The notes beneath the pieces were generated by a model. That model had not been told where the DNA came from. It searched no databases and saw nothing but the letters and a program-made list of their open reading frames with translations. Made by a program: the position numbers and the translations under genes. 64,000 nucleotides of DNA from Phyllobates terribilis (taxonomy: Eukaryota): assembly GCF_046119375.1 (NCBI RefSeq), contig NW_027362768.1, positions 146,816,001-146,880,000 on the forward strand, given 5' to 3'. Shown in pieces: positions 10,721 through 40,671 of this stretch (the first letter of the stretch is position 1; the number at the start of each line of letters is the position of its first letter).

Positions 10721-12461
10721 CATAGTTGAGAGCTCCCTGGGTTTGGGCATATGTGCAAGGCCAGGGATAATACAGAGGAAGGACACCTGTGGTCAGGAAA
10801 GGGTGTGGGTTGTGACAGGACAGTTCCTACCCGATCCTGCAGAGAAGCGGTCCCGTGTCCCCCTGAAAGGCTCCAAAGGTGAGGCTGGAGCGGGTCACAG
10901 TCAGGTGCCGACGGAGTAGGGAGCTGCGTGCGCAGAGTGATGGTGTCAGTGTAGGGGAAGGAGCAGAGGACGCTGCCCTGATGACGGGGCATGTCGAGGC
11001 TCCGATAGGCGGATGGAATGGGGGGGGGGGGGTGCGGGCTTGAAAGGCCCCCCCGTTGATAGGTCCGTGGAAGGCTCGAGGGCGTGACGGAAGCGTCACT
11101 ATGCTCCTCGGCCCTGGTTGGTGAAATAGCAGGGGGCGTAAAGCCGTCGGAGGGGGACCGCCCACCGGACACGCCCCCCAGACAGAGAAAAAAGCGTGGC
11201 AAAACTGAAGCGCATAATGGGAGAAGAAGGAGGAAGTGGCCCAGGGAAGCACTGTCAAGCACCATGTTTGGTGAGAGGAGGAGGGGGGGGGGGGGGATCC
11301 TGGCTTTTCCTCCTTCCCGGTCCTGGACAGTGCAGGAGATGGTGTCAACCCCAGAAGACTGGGGGGGGGGGGGGGGGGAAGAGGTCACCGGCAGGGACCA
11401 CCGTCTCCCTCCCAGGCCGCTCCGAGGAGGGGGCTGGGGAACAGGCTAGGACTGGCCACCAAAATCACCCTGAGACACCCTAAGGTGACAGGGGATAAGT
11501 CCTGCCCAGCGGGTCCGAGAGTGGGCGATGTGGGGGTAGCCACACTGCTCTCTCTGTCGCTTGTGGGTTAACAGGGGACGCAGTGTTCCCTGTTAGCCTG
11601 AAGAGCTGTATCTGAAAGAGAAAAAACAAAGGTTAATAAACACAACAAGGTTGGATCTGTGAAGATCCAGGTCTACCCCCTACAGACACTAAGCTTAAAC
11701 TGGTGATCTTGGTGCCTGTAGGCGGGTGTATACTGCGGAGGAGGAGCTATTTTCCTTTTTTTGCATAGTGTCAACCTCCTAGCGACAGCAGCATACACCC
11801 ATGGTCCTGTGTCCCCCAATGAAGCGATAGAGAAAGCACTGCAAGGTCAGTCACTGGGGTGACTAAGGGATTTACTTTAATCATGCTTATATTTCCCACC
11901 CTTGGCACATCACATTGTTTCTTGTGTCCCCCAATGAAGAGCTCGAAAGAGAGGATTTTTGGACTTGCCATGAAAACCCTGCCTCGTACCGGGGGGGGGG
12001 AAGGTTTACAGGGGGACAGCACCCACTTTTTTTTCCTAGTTGCCTCGTTGGGTGTATGAGCGCAATTTTTTTTTTTCCTTCTACTGCTTTAACTGAAAAA
12101 GCTTGGTTGCCAGTAGGCGGGTATAGGCTGCTGAGGAGGAGCAGACTTTTCTTAAGGTTCTAATACTGAGTGTCAGCCTCCAGGTGGCAGCAGCCTACAG
12201 CCATGGCATGGTTTCCTGTGTCCACCAATGGAGGCTACGAGAAAAAGCTTTTACAGTACGTAAAAAAAATAAATTCTAAACTCAGTAAAGTGAGAATAAG
12301 TACATTAAGTACCACAAGGCTATGAATATACACTGTGCTGCCCCTAATAGCCCAATGTCAGCATGTGCTATATAAAGCTGGTTGAGAATCAAGGGTCCAG
12401 AGGATGTATGCACTGAAGGACCATTTATTTTTCTCATGCCATAGCAGTGATCTCGGAAGCC

Positions 12462-12467
12462 TTTATT
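12462..12467 (-). terminator. PRPF38A: Candidate distal poly(A) signal of PRPF38A
   Basis: TTTATT on plus = AATAAA on minus, ~640 bp after the stop. Confidence 0.45.
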
Positions 12468-12981
12468 AAACAGCATTTGCTTGTTTTCCTAGTGTGGTAT
12501 TTCTTTAATGCAACATCATGTGGCTATGTACCTTTTAGCAATTATTTTTCTAATAGCTCCAATAAAATGAAGAAACTTTGCAAGTCGACTATGACTAACT
12601 TACCATTTTTACATCTCCAGCTCCCGTGCACACCAGTGTCCAGAATTAAGCCCTGTGTAGTCTGATCCTACAGTCTTGAATCACTTTTCTACTTTTATAA
12701 GACTACAGAAGAGGGGGCAGATGGAAAAGTAACATGTCTGCAGATCCAGACTAAACAAAGGGTTGCTTTGAAGTCTGTAACCATAGATCTGCACAAGAGC
12801 TGTAGACACAAAACATTTTTAAAGAGGCACCCCTTGTCTATATGGCCTTTTAGGACATATGGACTTTGAAGGGAGAGCAGAGGGGCTCTGGCTTTGGAGA
12901 CGCAGCCATGATGGTAGTTATCTCTTCTCACCTCTTACATTGGTGACCACTGTACGACTTATGCAACAGTGAAAACAATTT

Positions 12982-12987
12982 TTTATT
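12982..12987 (-). terminator. PRPF38A: Candidate proximal poly(A) signal of PRPF38A
   Basis: AATAAA on minus ~120 bp after the stop codon. Confidence 0.55.
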
Positions 12988-13103
12988 AAAAATCCCTTAA
13001 GAAAACAATTGCCTGAATGAATGACATTTGACATACTGATATGCTTTCTAGTATATACAAAAAGTCCTGGATAATAGAACAATGCACTTCCAATGTCCTC
13101 TGG

Positions 13104-13146
13104 TCACTCATTCCCACGTCTACTTTTTTTGTGACTCTTCTTTGAC
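13104..13146 (-). CDS. PRPF38A: PRPF38A coding exon 10 (stop)
   Basis: SKKSHKKSRRGNE then TGA at 13106-13104. Confidence 0.93.
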
Positions 13147-13372
13147 CTACAGAAAAACACAAGAAAACAGTGAAGATCAACTCGCGTGTTACTGAGTGGT
13201 CCCTAATCACAAGATTTTCCAGCTGCGATGGTCAAACCATCAAAAAGTAAAACCACATTAAACTTACAATTTAACAAAGATGTGCATCTCCCTAGTAAAA
13301 AGCCCTAAATTGGCCACAGTGCGTGTATATAGGATATGTAATATATATGTGAGATAGAGATATATCTCTATC

Positions 13373-13403
<31 letters not shown>

Positions 13404-16400
13404 TATTTAGATTTTTTTATTTTTATTTTGGGCAGACAATTTGGAAAATTTTTAAACCAACTGCAAGTTTTCCATAGTAATTAGAAAAGTTTTCCAATCA
13501 TTATGACAGTCCCGAAGCTAAACAATAATGTAACAATAAGTTTGTTCAAATCGCTATGGCACAGGTGGCTCTAGAGCCACTGCGGAGCAAAGACCCCCGA
13601 CCAACAGAGCACCATGCCGATTTTGATGTTTCATCTCACAGCTGAGCGATAGCCTAAAATACTTTACTCAGAAAGATGCAGCATCCAATCAGAATAAGCT
13701 GATTTTAGGATAGACTAAAACTAGTCCCATTTACCTCTCTGGAGATTTTGAGTGGCTTCTGTGTCTATGACTTCGATGATGCCCTAATTAATAAGATTAA
13801 AAAAAATTAACAACAATTCCTAAAGTAATTTTTTCAAGAGCAGAAACAATATTTGGAAGGCCCGATCCCATATTGCAAACCAAAAAAAAGTTCATTTCCA
13901 GGACAGAACATTCATTTACTACACCTTAGGCCAGATGAATAAATCAATGTTTCAGAGTCCGAGCACAGACCAGCCATGGGTCTTCTGAACCCAATACCTA
14001 TAAGACTGTTGAGTTTGGGTCATTAGACCCAGGGCCGATCTGGGAATCACAGTCCAAACACTGGCAGAGAAAACCAGAAATGCGAATGCAGCCTTAGTCT
14101 TATTAATGAATTGACAGCTCTATGGATCTAGAAAAAAAAAAAAACAGGACTTGTTCACACTTTGTGGATTTCAGAGTTAGAAGAAATCTGGAAAAGGATT
14201 CCAGTATCAGGAAAGTAAATCAGATTTCAAAAGTCCCATCCACATACAGCGGATAATTTCTATGTGGAAATGGACCAGCAGATATTTAAATAATCAACAT
14301 CAATTCTTTCCTCAGATTTCATCCTTTACGATTCAGATGTTAAAATCTACAACAAATCTAAATTGATTAACTCCATCACGTGTGATTCCCCACTCAGTGA
14401 TCCCTTCCATAAAGATTAAAAATTGGTCAAGGAAAAAAACAAAAACCTGGAGATTTAGATTTTGATCGATGTCGTCTCTCTCGCGATCGGCTGCGGTGTC
14501 TCCTTGGACTCTTGCTTCGGTGTCGCTCTCTGTGGGGTAGAGAAGGACTGTGGGTGTAGAGTAGTGCAAATGTCATTCTAATACTATCACTGCTTATTCG
14601 AGTGGGTAAATAACTTTTTTTTTTTTTGGGGGGAGGATAATTCATGTTCTAAAGTAAAATACATTCTTATTTTTAGGACTATGTACTTTGGAGTCCTGGG
14701 CCATTAGCTAACTCTACAATCTTGCAATGCAAAGATATTAATGCAGTTCCAAACTTACCTTCTTCTCTTAGGGGAACGGCTTCTCCTGAAAAAATAAAAA
14801 TATATAAATATTCTTTTAAAAAAAAAAATTATTATATTATACAGACACATAATTCAAGAAGGCCTATAACAGCTTCCCATCTTTGTAGAGTCCATCTTGT
14901 GACTCCATATACCACTATTACCCAGTAATGATCTGTTTTTGTGTTACCTTCTTGGAGAACGGCTGCGGCTCCGCCTGTATCGGGGTGAAGGAGATCTCCT
15001 TGGTCTGTCTAGGTCTCTGTAGCTTCGTCTGTGATGATCTGGAGTAGGATCTCTGCCCTAAAGCCAAAAGAGGGATTTAAGACAAAAAAAAAACTACACA
15101 CTTCTCACTGCAAAACTTATCTCCATCACAACCCAGCAACCATATCTACAGTGCAAACATATTTTCCCTTCATTCATATCATTCATCCCATCCTGATAGA
15201 AGTATTCCCTGACAATAAGTTGATAGTTGTAATCTTGCATGTCCCCATCACCAGCGTATCATCTCACAAACCTTTTCGTCGTCATCCTCTTCCTCACTAG
15301 ACTCGACGTCATCCATATCTTCCTCTAAAGCGCTGACGCGAGGATCCAGCTGCTCCGTTTCCTCGAGCACATAGCGTTTCTAATGAGAAGGTAAATTATA
15401 GTGTTAAAAAAATGGAGGCAACTAATCATTAATTTCTGCAAAATGTAAAGCAGAACGGCTGTACTCTGCTATCGTCGGCAGTCCCATAGAGTGGATTTAG
15501 ACAGGGCTACACAGTGCCTCGTTCTTGGGATCGGTGAGGGTCCCTGTGGTCAGACCCCCAGCAATCAGTACGTTATCCCCCATCCTATGGGGAGGTAATA
15601 ATTTACAATCTCTTAAGAAAATCCATTGAACAGCTTGTTACAGTTAACTAAAAACAAAATTATTTTTTATTGGACTTAAACCTGTGATCCTCTAATCGCT
15701 GATACTATACATTGGAATACCACAGTATTGCAGTATATAGTAAAATTCACAGTCTCCTATGAACGCCAACCACAGGCTAGATTTCAATGGCAGGGACGGG
15801 GACATTTCAGCAGAACCCCAACCATCATGGCAATCCATCAGCGCCCTGCAAATCACAATGCGAAGGGGGAAGAAGTGATGGGCATGTGGTATTGCATGCC
15901 ACCGGCAAGCGATTGACAGCAGAATTGAATTGGTTTCCAGCTGCAGAATAGCTCCGATACACCCGCTGCCATTAGAAGCAGATCCAGGCTGCGTGGCACC
16001 ATTATATGCCGGTAATGATGCAAGCTCAGTTTCTGGGAACTTAACATATGATGTGTTAGTATGTTGGCAAGGGGTTAACGTCCGATCTATAAATTTATTT
16101 CACTTTTCACTGGTTAAATTCTGTAATAAAAAAAAAAATTATTATATATATATTATATATTTATTTTGAAATACCAAAGTTGCACTGCTTTTCTATGTCA
16201 GTACATTATGTGGTAAAGTAAATGATCACTCAAAATTACAACTTATCCTACAAAAAAACAAAACAAAAAACATAAGCCTTCATATGGCTGTGATAAAAAA
16301 GAAAAAGTTATGGTTCTTGAAAAAAAAAGAGGATAACTAAAGAAAAAGAAAATTGTCTTGTCACGAAGGATTCCCCCATTCGACCGGATCAGCGGCAATC

Positions 16401-19400
16401 CTGGTGGCCCAGAGCGGCGGCTGGGGGACCCCTCTGCTGTCAGCTGACGGGACGTATACAGGACCCCGGGGTCGTCTCTCCTAGAAGCATGATGTTAGGG
16501 CACATAAAGTGCTGCCCATGTGATACAAGTCCAGTGCCATGCTCATCCATGGTCAGCCATTATGACTGAATATTCACAAGGTTGCATTTTTTTTTCTTTT
16601 TTTAAAACTGCATTAGAAAACTCATCATGGCCACAGTCCAAGCAGAGATCATTTCCAATCATCCCACATTAATAAGTACAACAAGAGAACGAAAACCAGA
16701 ACCTGCCCCTGCAGTATAGACATACACTGTCCAAAATGCTTCATTTTTATTTGCTGGTTAAGTAGCAGCAGTAATGGATAAATACCTGTAAGCGCGGTAA
16801 GATCACGTCACAGATGCGTTCGCTGTGGAGGAGCTCGTCTATGAATTCATCTACATGCATCAGCTCAAATTCTAGGAGGTGAAATCATACAAATCAATCA
16901 TTATCCCTCTGAGAATTGTCCAGCTCACGCTACTAAAACAGAGTATCGCGCTTCATGCAACCAAAGATGGAAGTAACCGTGAAACAAACAAAAAAAAAAA
17001 AAAAACAGTAAAAGCTGCAAAAGACAAAAGATTTTGGATGACTGATTTCATGTTTCCTCTATGTAGATGTCCATACACAGGTAGCTGTAAGCTTAAAAGG
17101 GGGATGTCCCACACTGAAAGGTTTTCTTTTCTTGGTATGAATGGTTTTAAAACAGTAAATGGAGGCATGCTCCCATTTCTGCAGATTCAGCACAGATCTG
17201 CGCAAGCTATGGAAGCAACGTCTGCTGCGTTTGGTAGTCACCAAGACCTCTGCAGTCTCTGAACGGCTGCAGGTGACCAGATGAGCAAGGCATCCAATGT
17301 GTCTCTGGCTCTGGTGACTTACAAATGGAATATACATTGCTTGTGTAGCTGCAAAGACCTGCGGTGGATCCGCGGAGATTCCTCTGCTTATTGTCTAGTG
17401 GTGATAGAACGGTAACTGCTAGAGCTATAACTGTGCAAAGGATTCGGACTTGTATAGAAAAAAAAAAAAAGCATTGAAGCATTGATGAAGATATAAAGTC
17501 AAAACTGAATATCTTCTCCCCTCTAATTACTATTGTAGGCAAAATATCTCAAGCGATTTTGTGCTGCGAACCCAAAATACATTGCATCACAACAGAGAAA
17601 TAAAATGGCCGCAGACATTGTGCACATTCACCCCGTAAGGGAAACGAGAATGGACACCAGTGTACAGCACCATAAACCCAGATTTTATACTGCACATAAG
17701 GACGATTATCAACAGTAAAATTGCTGTCACTGCATCAGTTATAAACTAAAATCACTGCAAGACAATTACCCCCGTTCCGGTTCTGAGTCTTGATTTTGCG
17801 ATAATCGTTATACAGCGGCTCCAGATATTTGTAGCAGTCACTGGCTGTACCAGTCAGTCGCATGTAGAGAGCGCCCAATGCTCGCACATACCTGCAAGGA
17901 AGGACAGTGCAGAGCTCCAGTGTTAAAATCAATCTGGCAGTTTTCTTATCAGAGGCCACCCCCTCCCCAGTCCAGGAGCCCCAAAGGCCGCCCTCTCCCC
18001 AGAGGCCGCCCCCACACACATATGCTTTCCTTGCATGAGTCTATATACAAAGGGAACGATCAATCACTGTGTGGATAAAGAGAAGCAGGACTCAGTTTGG
18101 CAACTTTTTGCATGTAGGAAAACATCCTCAAGCTCCATGTCTTCTCCACTATTAACAGCTTATCCTATGTCTTCCTGCTGTACCTTCATTTTCTTTAGAA
18201 GTTTTTTTTCTCACATAGGCTGTAACCTTCTTTGCAATTCAATCCCCACCTCAGGCTGCAATCACAGATGAACAAACCTCACCTTCTCCCCAGCCCTCAT
18301 GAATGACACCTGAAGAGCCCATGCAGTAGAGGGCTTGAGTTGTCACGCCAGAGCAGGGGAATGCAGATACTGAGAAACATTTAGTGAATGGGCCGCCCAC
18401 GGGACCCTCTCAACCACAGCAAAACAGGGGACCTTCTTCTACGGAGTCTAGAGATTGTACCAGTTTCTATTAGACATTTATAGCATATTTAATATCTACA
18501 GCAGAATACCTCTTTAAGGCCTTACTCACAGACTTAATTTCCGGTCAGCAGTATGTAGCCAAAAAAATTAGCTTTAAAGTACTAATGCAAAACACTGATG
18601 AAATCTGCAGTGTATGAATTAGACCTAATAATTAGTCTTTGCAGGTCAGGTGACATACATACAATATATAGAGCGGCTTCCTACCACTAGGCTGCACTTT
18701 CCAACTTCATTTAGACCAGTGCGATTCCCGATTTACACTCTAAAAGGTTATAGCTCGCATACCTATGGCACCGCCCGAATTTGGAAGAGGTCCCAAGTTC
18801 TGGAAAACGAGGTTTCCTTTAAGTAAATATTAAAGTGAACTCTTTGCTTTGTTACTCACTTGAAGTCTTCATTCTTTATGAACTCCACAATGATGTCTTT
18901 TTCTGGTTGGATCTGCAACATTTTCAATGCCAAACACAAGAACGGCGTGGGCTTAATATTGCCTCCATAAACGCCTCCAATATATTTCAGCTCCATGGCC
19001 TTATCCACCACCAGCTCGGCTGAGAAAAAAAAAAAATTAAATCACAATTGTGTTTTATTTAAAATGTATATTTGTTAAAAATTTTAATATACTTAAAACC
19101 TTTTGTCAGTTGTCAAATTACAACAGTAAAGATTGAGCAGAGACAATGGGTCATATCAAATCGTTTCTCGACTGATCAACAATCTATTTATTTTACTCAC
19201 TCATATAGCACCATTAATTCCACAGCGCTTTACAGACATTATCTGCACTGTCTCCATTGGGGCTCACAATCTACATTCCTCATCAGTATGTCTTTGGAGT
19301 GTGGGAGGAAACCGGAGGACCCAGAGGAAACCCAAGGGAACACGGGGAGAACATATAAACTCCTTGATGGAATTTGAAAAGTCCTTGGTGGGATTTGAGC

Positions 19401-20346
19401 CCAGGACCCCAGCGCTGCAAGGCTGCAATGCCAGACACCATACCACCATCTTAGACAGAACCCCCACATGGCTTCAAGCTACAGACATTTGCAGCGGAAG
19501 ATCTCATGAATACACATGAAATCTCCGTCAGACTAAGGCTACGTTCACACGGGCATCTAAGTTATCAAGTTTTTCAAACAGATATCGATTCAGGAAATGC
19601 TCCTTTTCTGGGGAGTCTTTTTTTATGACTCAAGCATTTTTTTGTTGTTTTTTTATTGGACAGTGTATAGTTTGGAGAGGATGTTACCAGGATCGGCCTA
19701 AAAAAAATAAAAAGGGGGACATGCACTTTCTCTCCACCAGATCTTTAAAAAAAAAAAAAAAGGAAAAGAATAAGAACACTCATAGGAACAGAAAAGTGAC
19801 AAGTTTGAGGAGGATGTTAAAGCAACTCCTCAAGAAAAAAAAAAAAAACACAGAAAAATCTGCTGCATGTGAACATAATCTTATAGCAAAGGCCAATAAT
19901 AAACAAAGCGTCCGTCGGCTGCCATGACGGTGTGATAAGGTTCCCAGCTCTCTTATCTGTCTTTTCCGAGCTCCTCTCTGCTGATTTATGACCACTGATC
20001 ACATCTAAGCTGAATGTGCTGGAGGATAAGAGCCCGGAGAAGCCAAACAGGACAAACTATTTAATTCAACCGAAGTGCAAAAGTTATTTTAGTCCCAAAT
20101 ACATACATATAACTGAAAAAAAGTCTCCATAAGTGGACAATCCCTTTACATGTTGAAACCGTCTGTCACCACAGTCTCCAGACAGATGAATGAATGAGCG
20201 CCTCCCTCCCACTCACCAGTGAGGCCGAAACACTCCTCCTTCCAGTACTTGGACTCATAAATGCGGGTTCGGATGATTTTCTCCACCAGATATTGCGGGT
20301 TGGTGCCGTGGACGCTATGAGCGTCTTTCACAGTCCGGTTCGCCAT
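13104..20346 (-). CDS. PRPF38A: Pre-mRNA-splicing factor 38A, 10 coding exons, 936 nt, 311 aa
   Basis: MANRTVKDAHSVHGTNPQYLVEKIIRTRIYESKYWKEECFGLT..., RS-rich C-terminus ...SKKSHKKSRRGNE*; all introns GT-AG and in phase. Confidence 0.97.
13735..13783 (-). CDS. PRPF38A: PRPF38A coding exon 9
   Basis: GHHRSHRHRSHSKSPER. Confidence 0.93.
14447..14547 (-). CDS. PRPF38A: PRPF38A coding exon 8
   Basis: SPSLPHRERHRSKSPRRHRSRSRERRHRSKSKSP. Confidence 0.92.
14759..14785 (-). CDS. PRPF38A: PRPF38A coding exon 7 (27-nt microexon)
   Basis: RSRSPKRR; TTTTTTCAG acceptor, GTAAGT donor. Confidence 0.9.
14948..15057 (-). CDS. PRPF38A: PRPF38A coding exon 6
   Basis: GRDPTPDHHRRSYRDLDRPRRSPSPRYRRSRSRSPR. 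Confidence 0.93.
15272..15379 (-). CDS. PRPF38A: PRPF38A coding exon 5
   Basis: KRYVLEETEQLDPRVSALEEDMDDVESSEEEDDDEK. Confidence 0.95.
16786..16871 (-). CDS. PRPF38A: PRPF38A coding exon 4
   Basis: EFELMHVDEFIDELLHSERICDVILPRLQ. Confidence 0.95.
17770..17891 (-). CDS. PRPF38A: PRPF38A coding exon 3
   Basis: YVRALGALYMRLTGTASDCYKYLEPLYNDYRKIK; AG/GT. Confidence 0.96.
18860..19019 (-). CDS. PRPF38A: PRPF38A coding exon 2
   Basis: AELVVDKAMELKYIGGVYGGNIKPTPFLCL...NEDFK; AG/GT. Confidence 0.96.
19185..19447 (-). mobile_element. tRNA-derived V-SINE-like element in PRPF38A intron 1
   Basis: Minus strand: A/B-box-like head (GGTGGTATGGTG..., GGGCTCAAATCC), V-domain-like GGTTTCCTCCCACACTCCAAAGACAT, L2-type tail GATTGTGAGCCCC...TAAAGCGCTGTGGAATTAATGGTGCTATAT. 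Confidence 0.8.
20217..20346 (-). CDS. PRPF38A: PRPF38A coding exon 1
   Basis: ATG at 20346; donor GTGAGT. Confidence 0.97.
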
Positions 20347-20524
20347 GTTGCGCGGCGCTTTCCGTATTTCCGCTTCCGGTGGGTAACGTCATCAGTCTGC
20401 GCTGAAGTCACTTCCGGGTTACATGGTTGCTCCTCCCAGTGGATGACGTCAGTGGCGGGAAAGTTTTAGCTGAGTTTGTTTTGAGACTGGAGAGAGTGCG
20501 CGGAGGAGCAGAGCACAGGGAGCG
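20341..20524. promoter_or_regulatory. Bidirectional CpG-rich promoter shared by PRPF38A and ORC1
   Basis: ETS/GABP-like GCTTCCGG 20372-20379 and ACTTCCGG 20410-20417, CRE TGACGTCA 20444-20451, E2F TGGCGGGAAA 20453-20462, YY1-like CGCCATGTTG over the PRPF38A ATG. Confidence 0.85.
20465..20524 (+). other. ORC1: Probable non-coding exon 1 of ORC1 (start approximate)
   Basis: Donor GCG|GTGAGT at 20525 right after the promoter motifs; next acceptor at 21610 precedes the ATG. Confidence 0.65.
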
Positions 20525-21188
20525 GTGAGTGCAGGGAGGGAACCACAAGTCCCAGCAGGCCTTGCCTGCTGATAAGCCTTATCCACAGCTTCAGACCATA
20601 GACCGTCACCCAGTTCAATAATTGTTCCATCTGTCATATTTACTTTCAATGGGGTCAAGCAGATGAATTTACCAAAAAAGTGCCATTTTTTTTTTGTTTT
20701 ATTTTTACATCTTTTATACTTTTACTTTTACTTTTTTTTTTCTTTCTTTTACTTCTTTTTTTCCCCTTTTTTTTTCTTTACATTGTTCACCAGAAGGGTT
20801 AAATAATTTTCTGTTTTCATACATCAGACTATTTACAAGTGCGGTGATAATAAATAATTTTTTTTTTATCTGGGGGAAAAGCAGGGTGATTGACATTCTC
20901 ATGGTTTTTAAAACTTTTTTTTTTTTTTTCTTTTTTGGCCTTTTCTTTATTCCGCAATATACAGAAATTGCAGTTTCCCATGAAGCTCAGCCTATATGTG
21001 CCAAGATATCGGCAACGAGGGGGGGAAGCTTCTGAAGTCCTCTGGCTGTCACAGCAATACATCCGTGCCCCCCAATTGTGTAGATAAGACACTGGGCAGT
21101 GATTGCCAGGCGGCATTTAAAGGGGTGAAATGTCATCAGCCGGCACCTGAGTTTCCTCCATGACGGTTATTTTGTTCATGGAGCTTGA

Positions 21189-21527
21189 AGGGGATTGTCA
21201 GGTTTTAACTTATTGCTATCGATCGACAGTGGAGAATGATAACTTTAGTTCATCAGAGGGGGTTCGATCGTTGGGACCCCACTTAACTGCAAATGGGCAC
21301 TTAGAATGAGGTGGAAGTGCGACCCTCGCTCAATTCGTTCCCCATTTCTCCGGCAGCTCCATAAGTAGTAAACGGAGCAGCGTTTGAGCAGACTCACTGC
21401 TGCTCCATTCCAACAGGGATAAAAGTGGCGATCTGTGGGGCTCCCAGTGGTCGGACCCCTCCACATATTAACAAGTTATCAAATATCCTTCAGATAGGTG
21501 ATTGTTTCTTCCTTGCAAATCACCCCT
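21189..21527. mobile_element. T2/Kolobok-type MITE (degenerate)
   Basis: AGGGGATTGTCA left end, CACCCCT-TTAA right end. Confidence 0.45.
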
Positions 21528-21615
21528 TTAAATTTATATCCAGCAATATTTGCCTTTTCCTCCTTTTTGTATAATTTACATTATAATTTTTTTTTCTATT
21601 CTGCACGCAGACATC

Positions 21616-40496
<18,881 letters not shown>

Positions 40497-40577
40497 GCTG
40501 TATTCTTACTGTGCTGAGCAGTAATGTATATATTTTAAATCTGTGACCTATGTTTAACCCAGTTTATGGTTATTTAT

Positions 40578-40583
40578 AATAAA
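40578..40583 (+). terminator. ORC1: Poly(A) signal of ORC1
   Basis: AATAAA 82 bp after the stop, followed by a T/GT-rich tract. Confidence 0.75.
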
Positions 40584-40671
40584 GCTTTATATGTGTTTTA
40601 TTTATTTTTCAATTTTTCCTTATGTTGCTATTTTTCTTATGCATTTTTTAAACCCCTTGTATTTGAACGTA

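Larger units (their letters stand above)
6227..11835 (-). mobile_element. Structurally complete DIRS1-type tyrosine-recombinase retrotransposon A (ORFs disrupted)
   Basis: Inverted terminal repeats (~6227-6395, ~11698-11835), internal complementary region ~6519-6616, gag, RT/RNase H/methyltransferase-like and YR reading frames. Confidence 0.93.
4389..12270 (+). mobile_element. Degenerate DIRS1-type element B (4389-6226 plus 11836-12270), interrupted by element A
   Basis: RNase H AYINHQ, HIPGVDN, YR motifs AITSIRQVSEL and AHSTR before 6226; YR tail, ICR-like segment and right ITR resume after 11835. Confidence 0.8.

Noticed and set aside
10699-11483. Long Pro/Gly-rich ORFs (229, 173, 121 aa)
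   Set aside because: GC-rich DIRS leader with poly-G/C runs; no recognisable domain.
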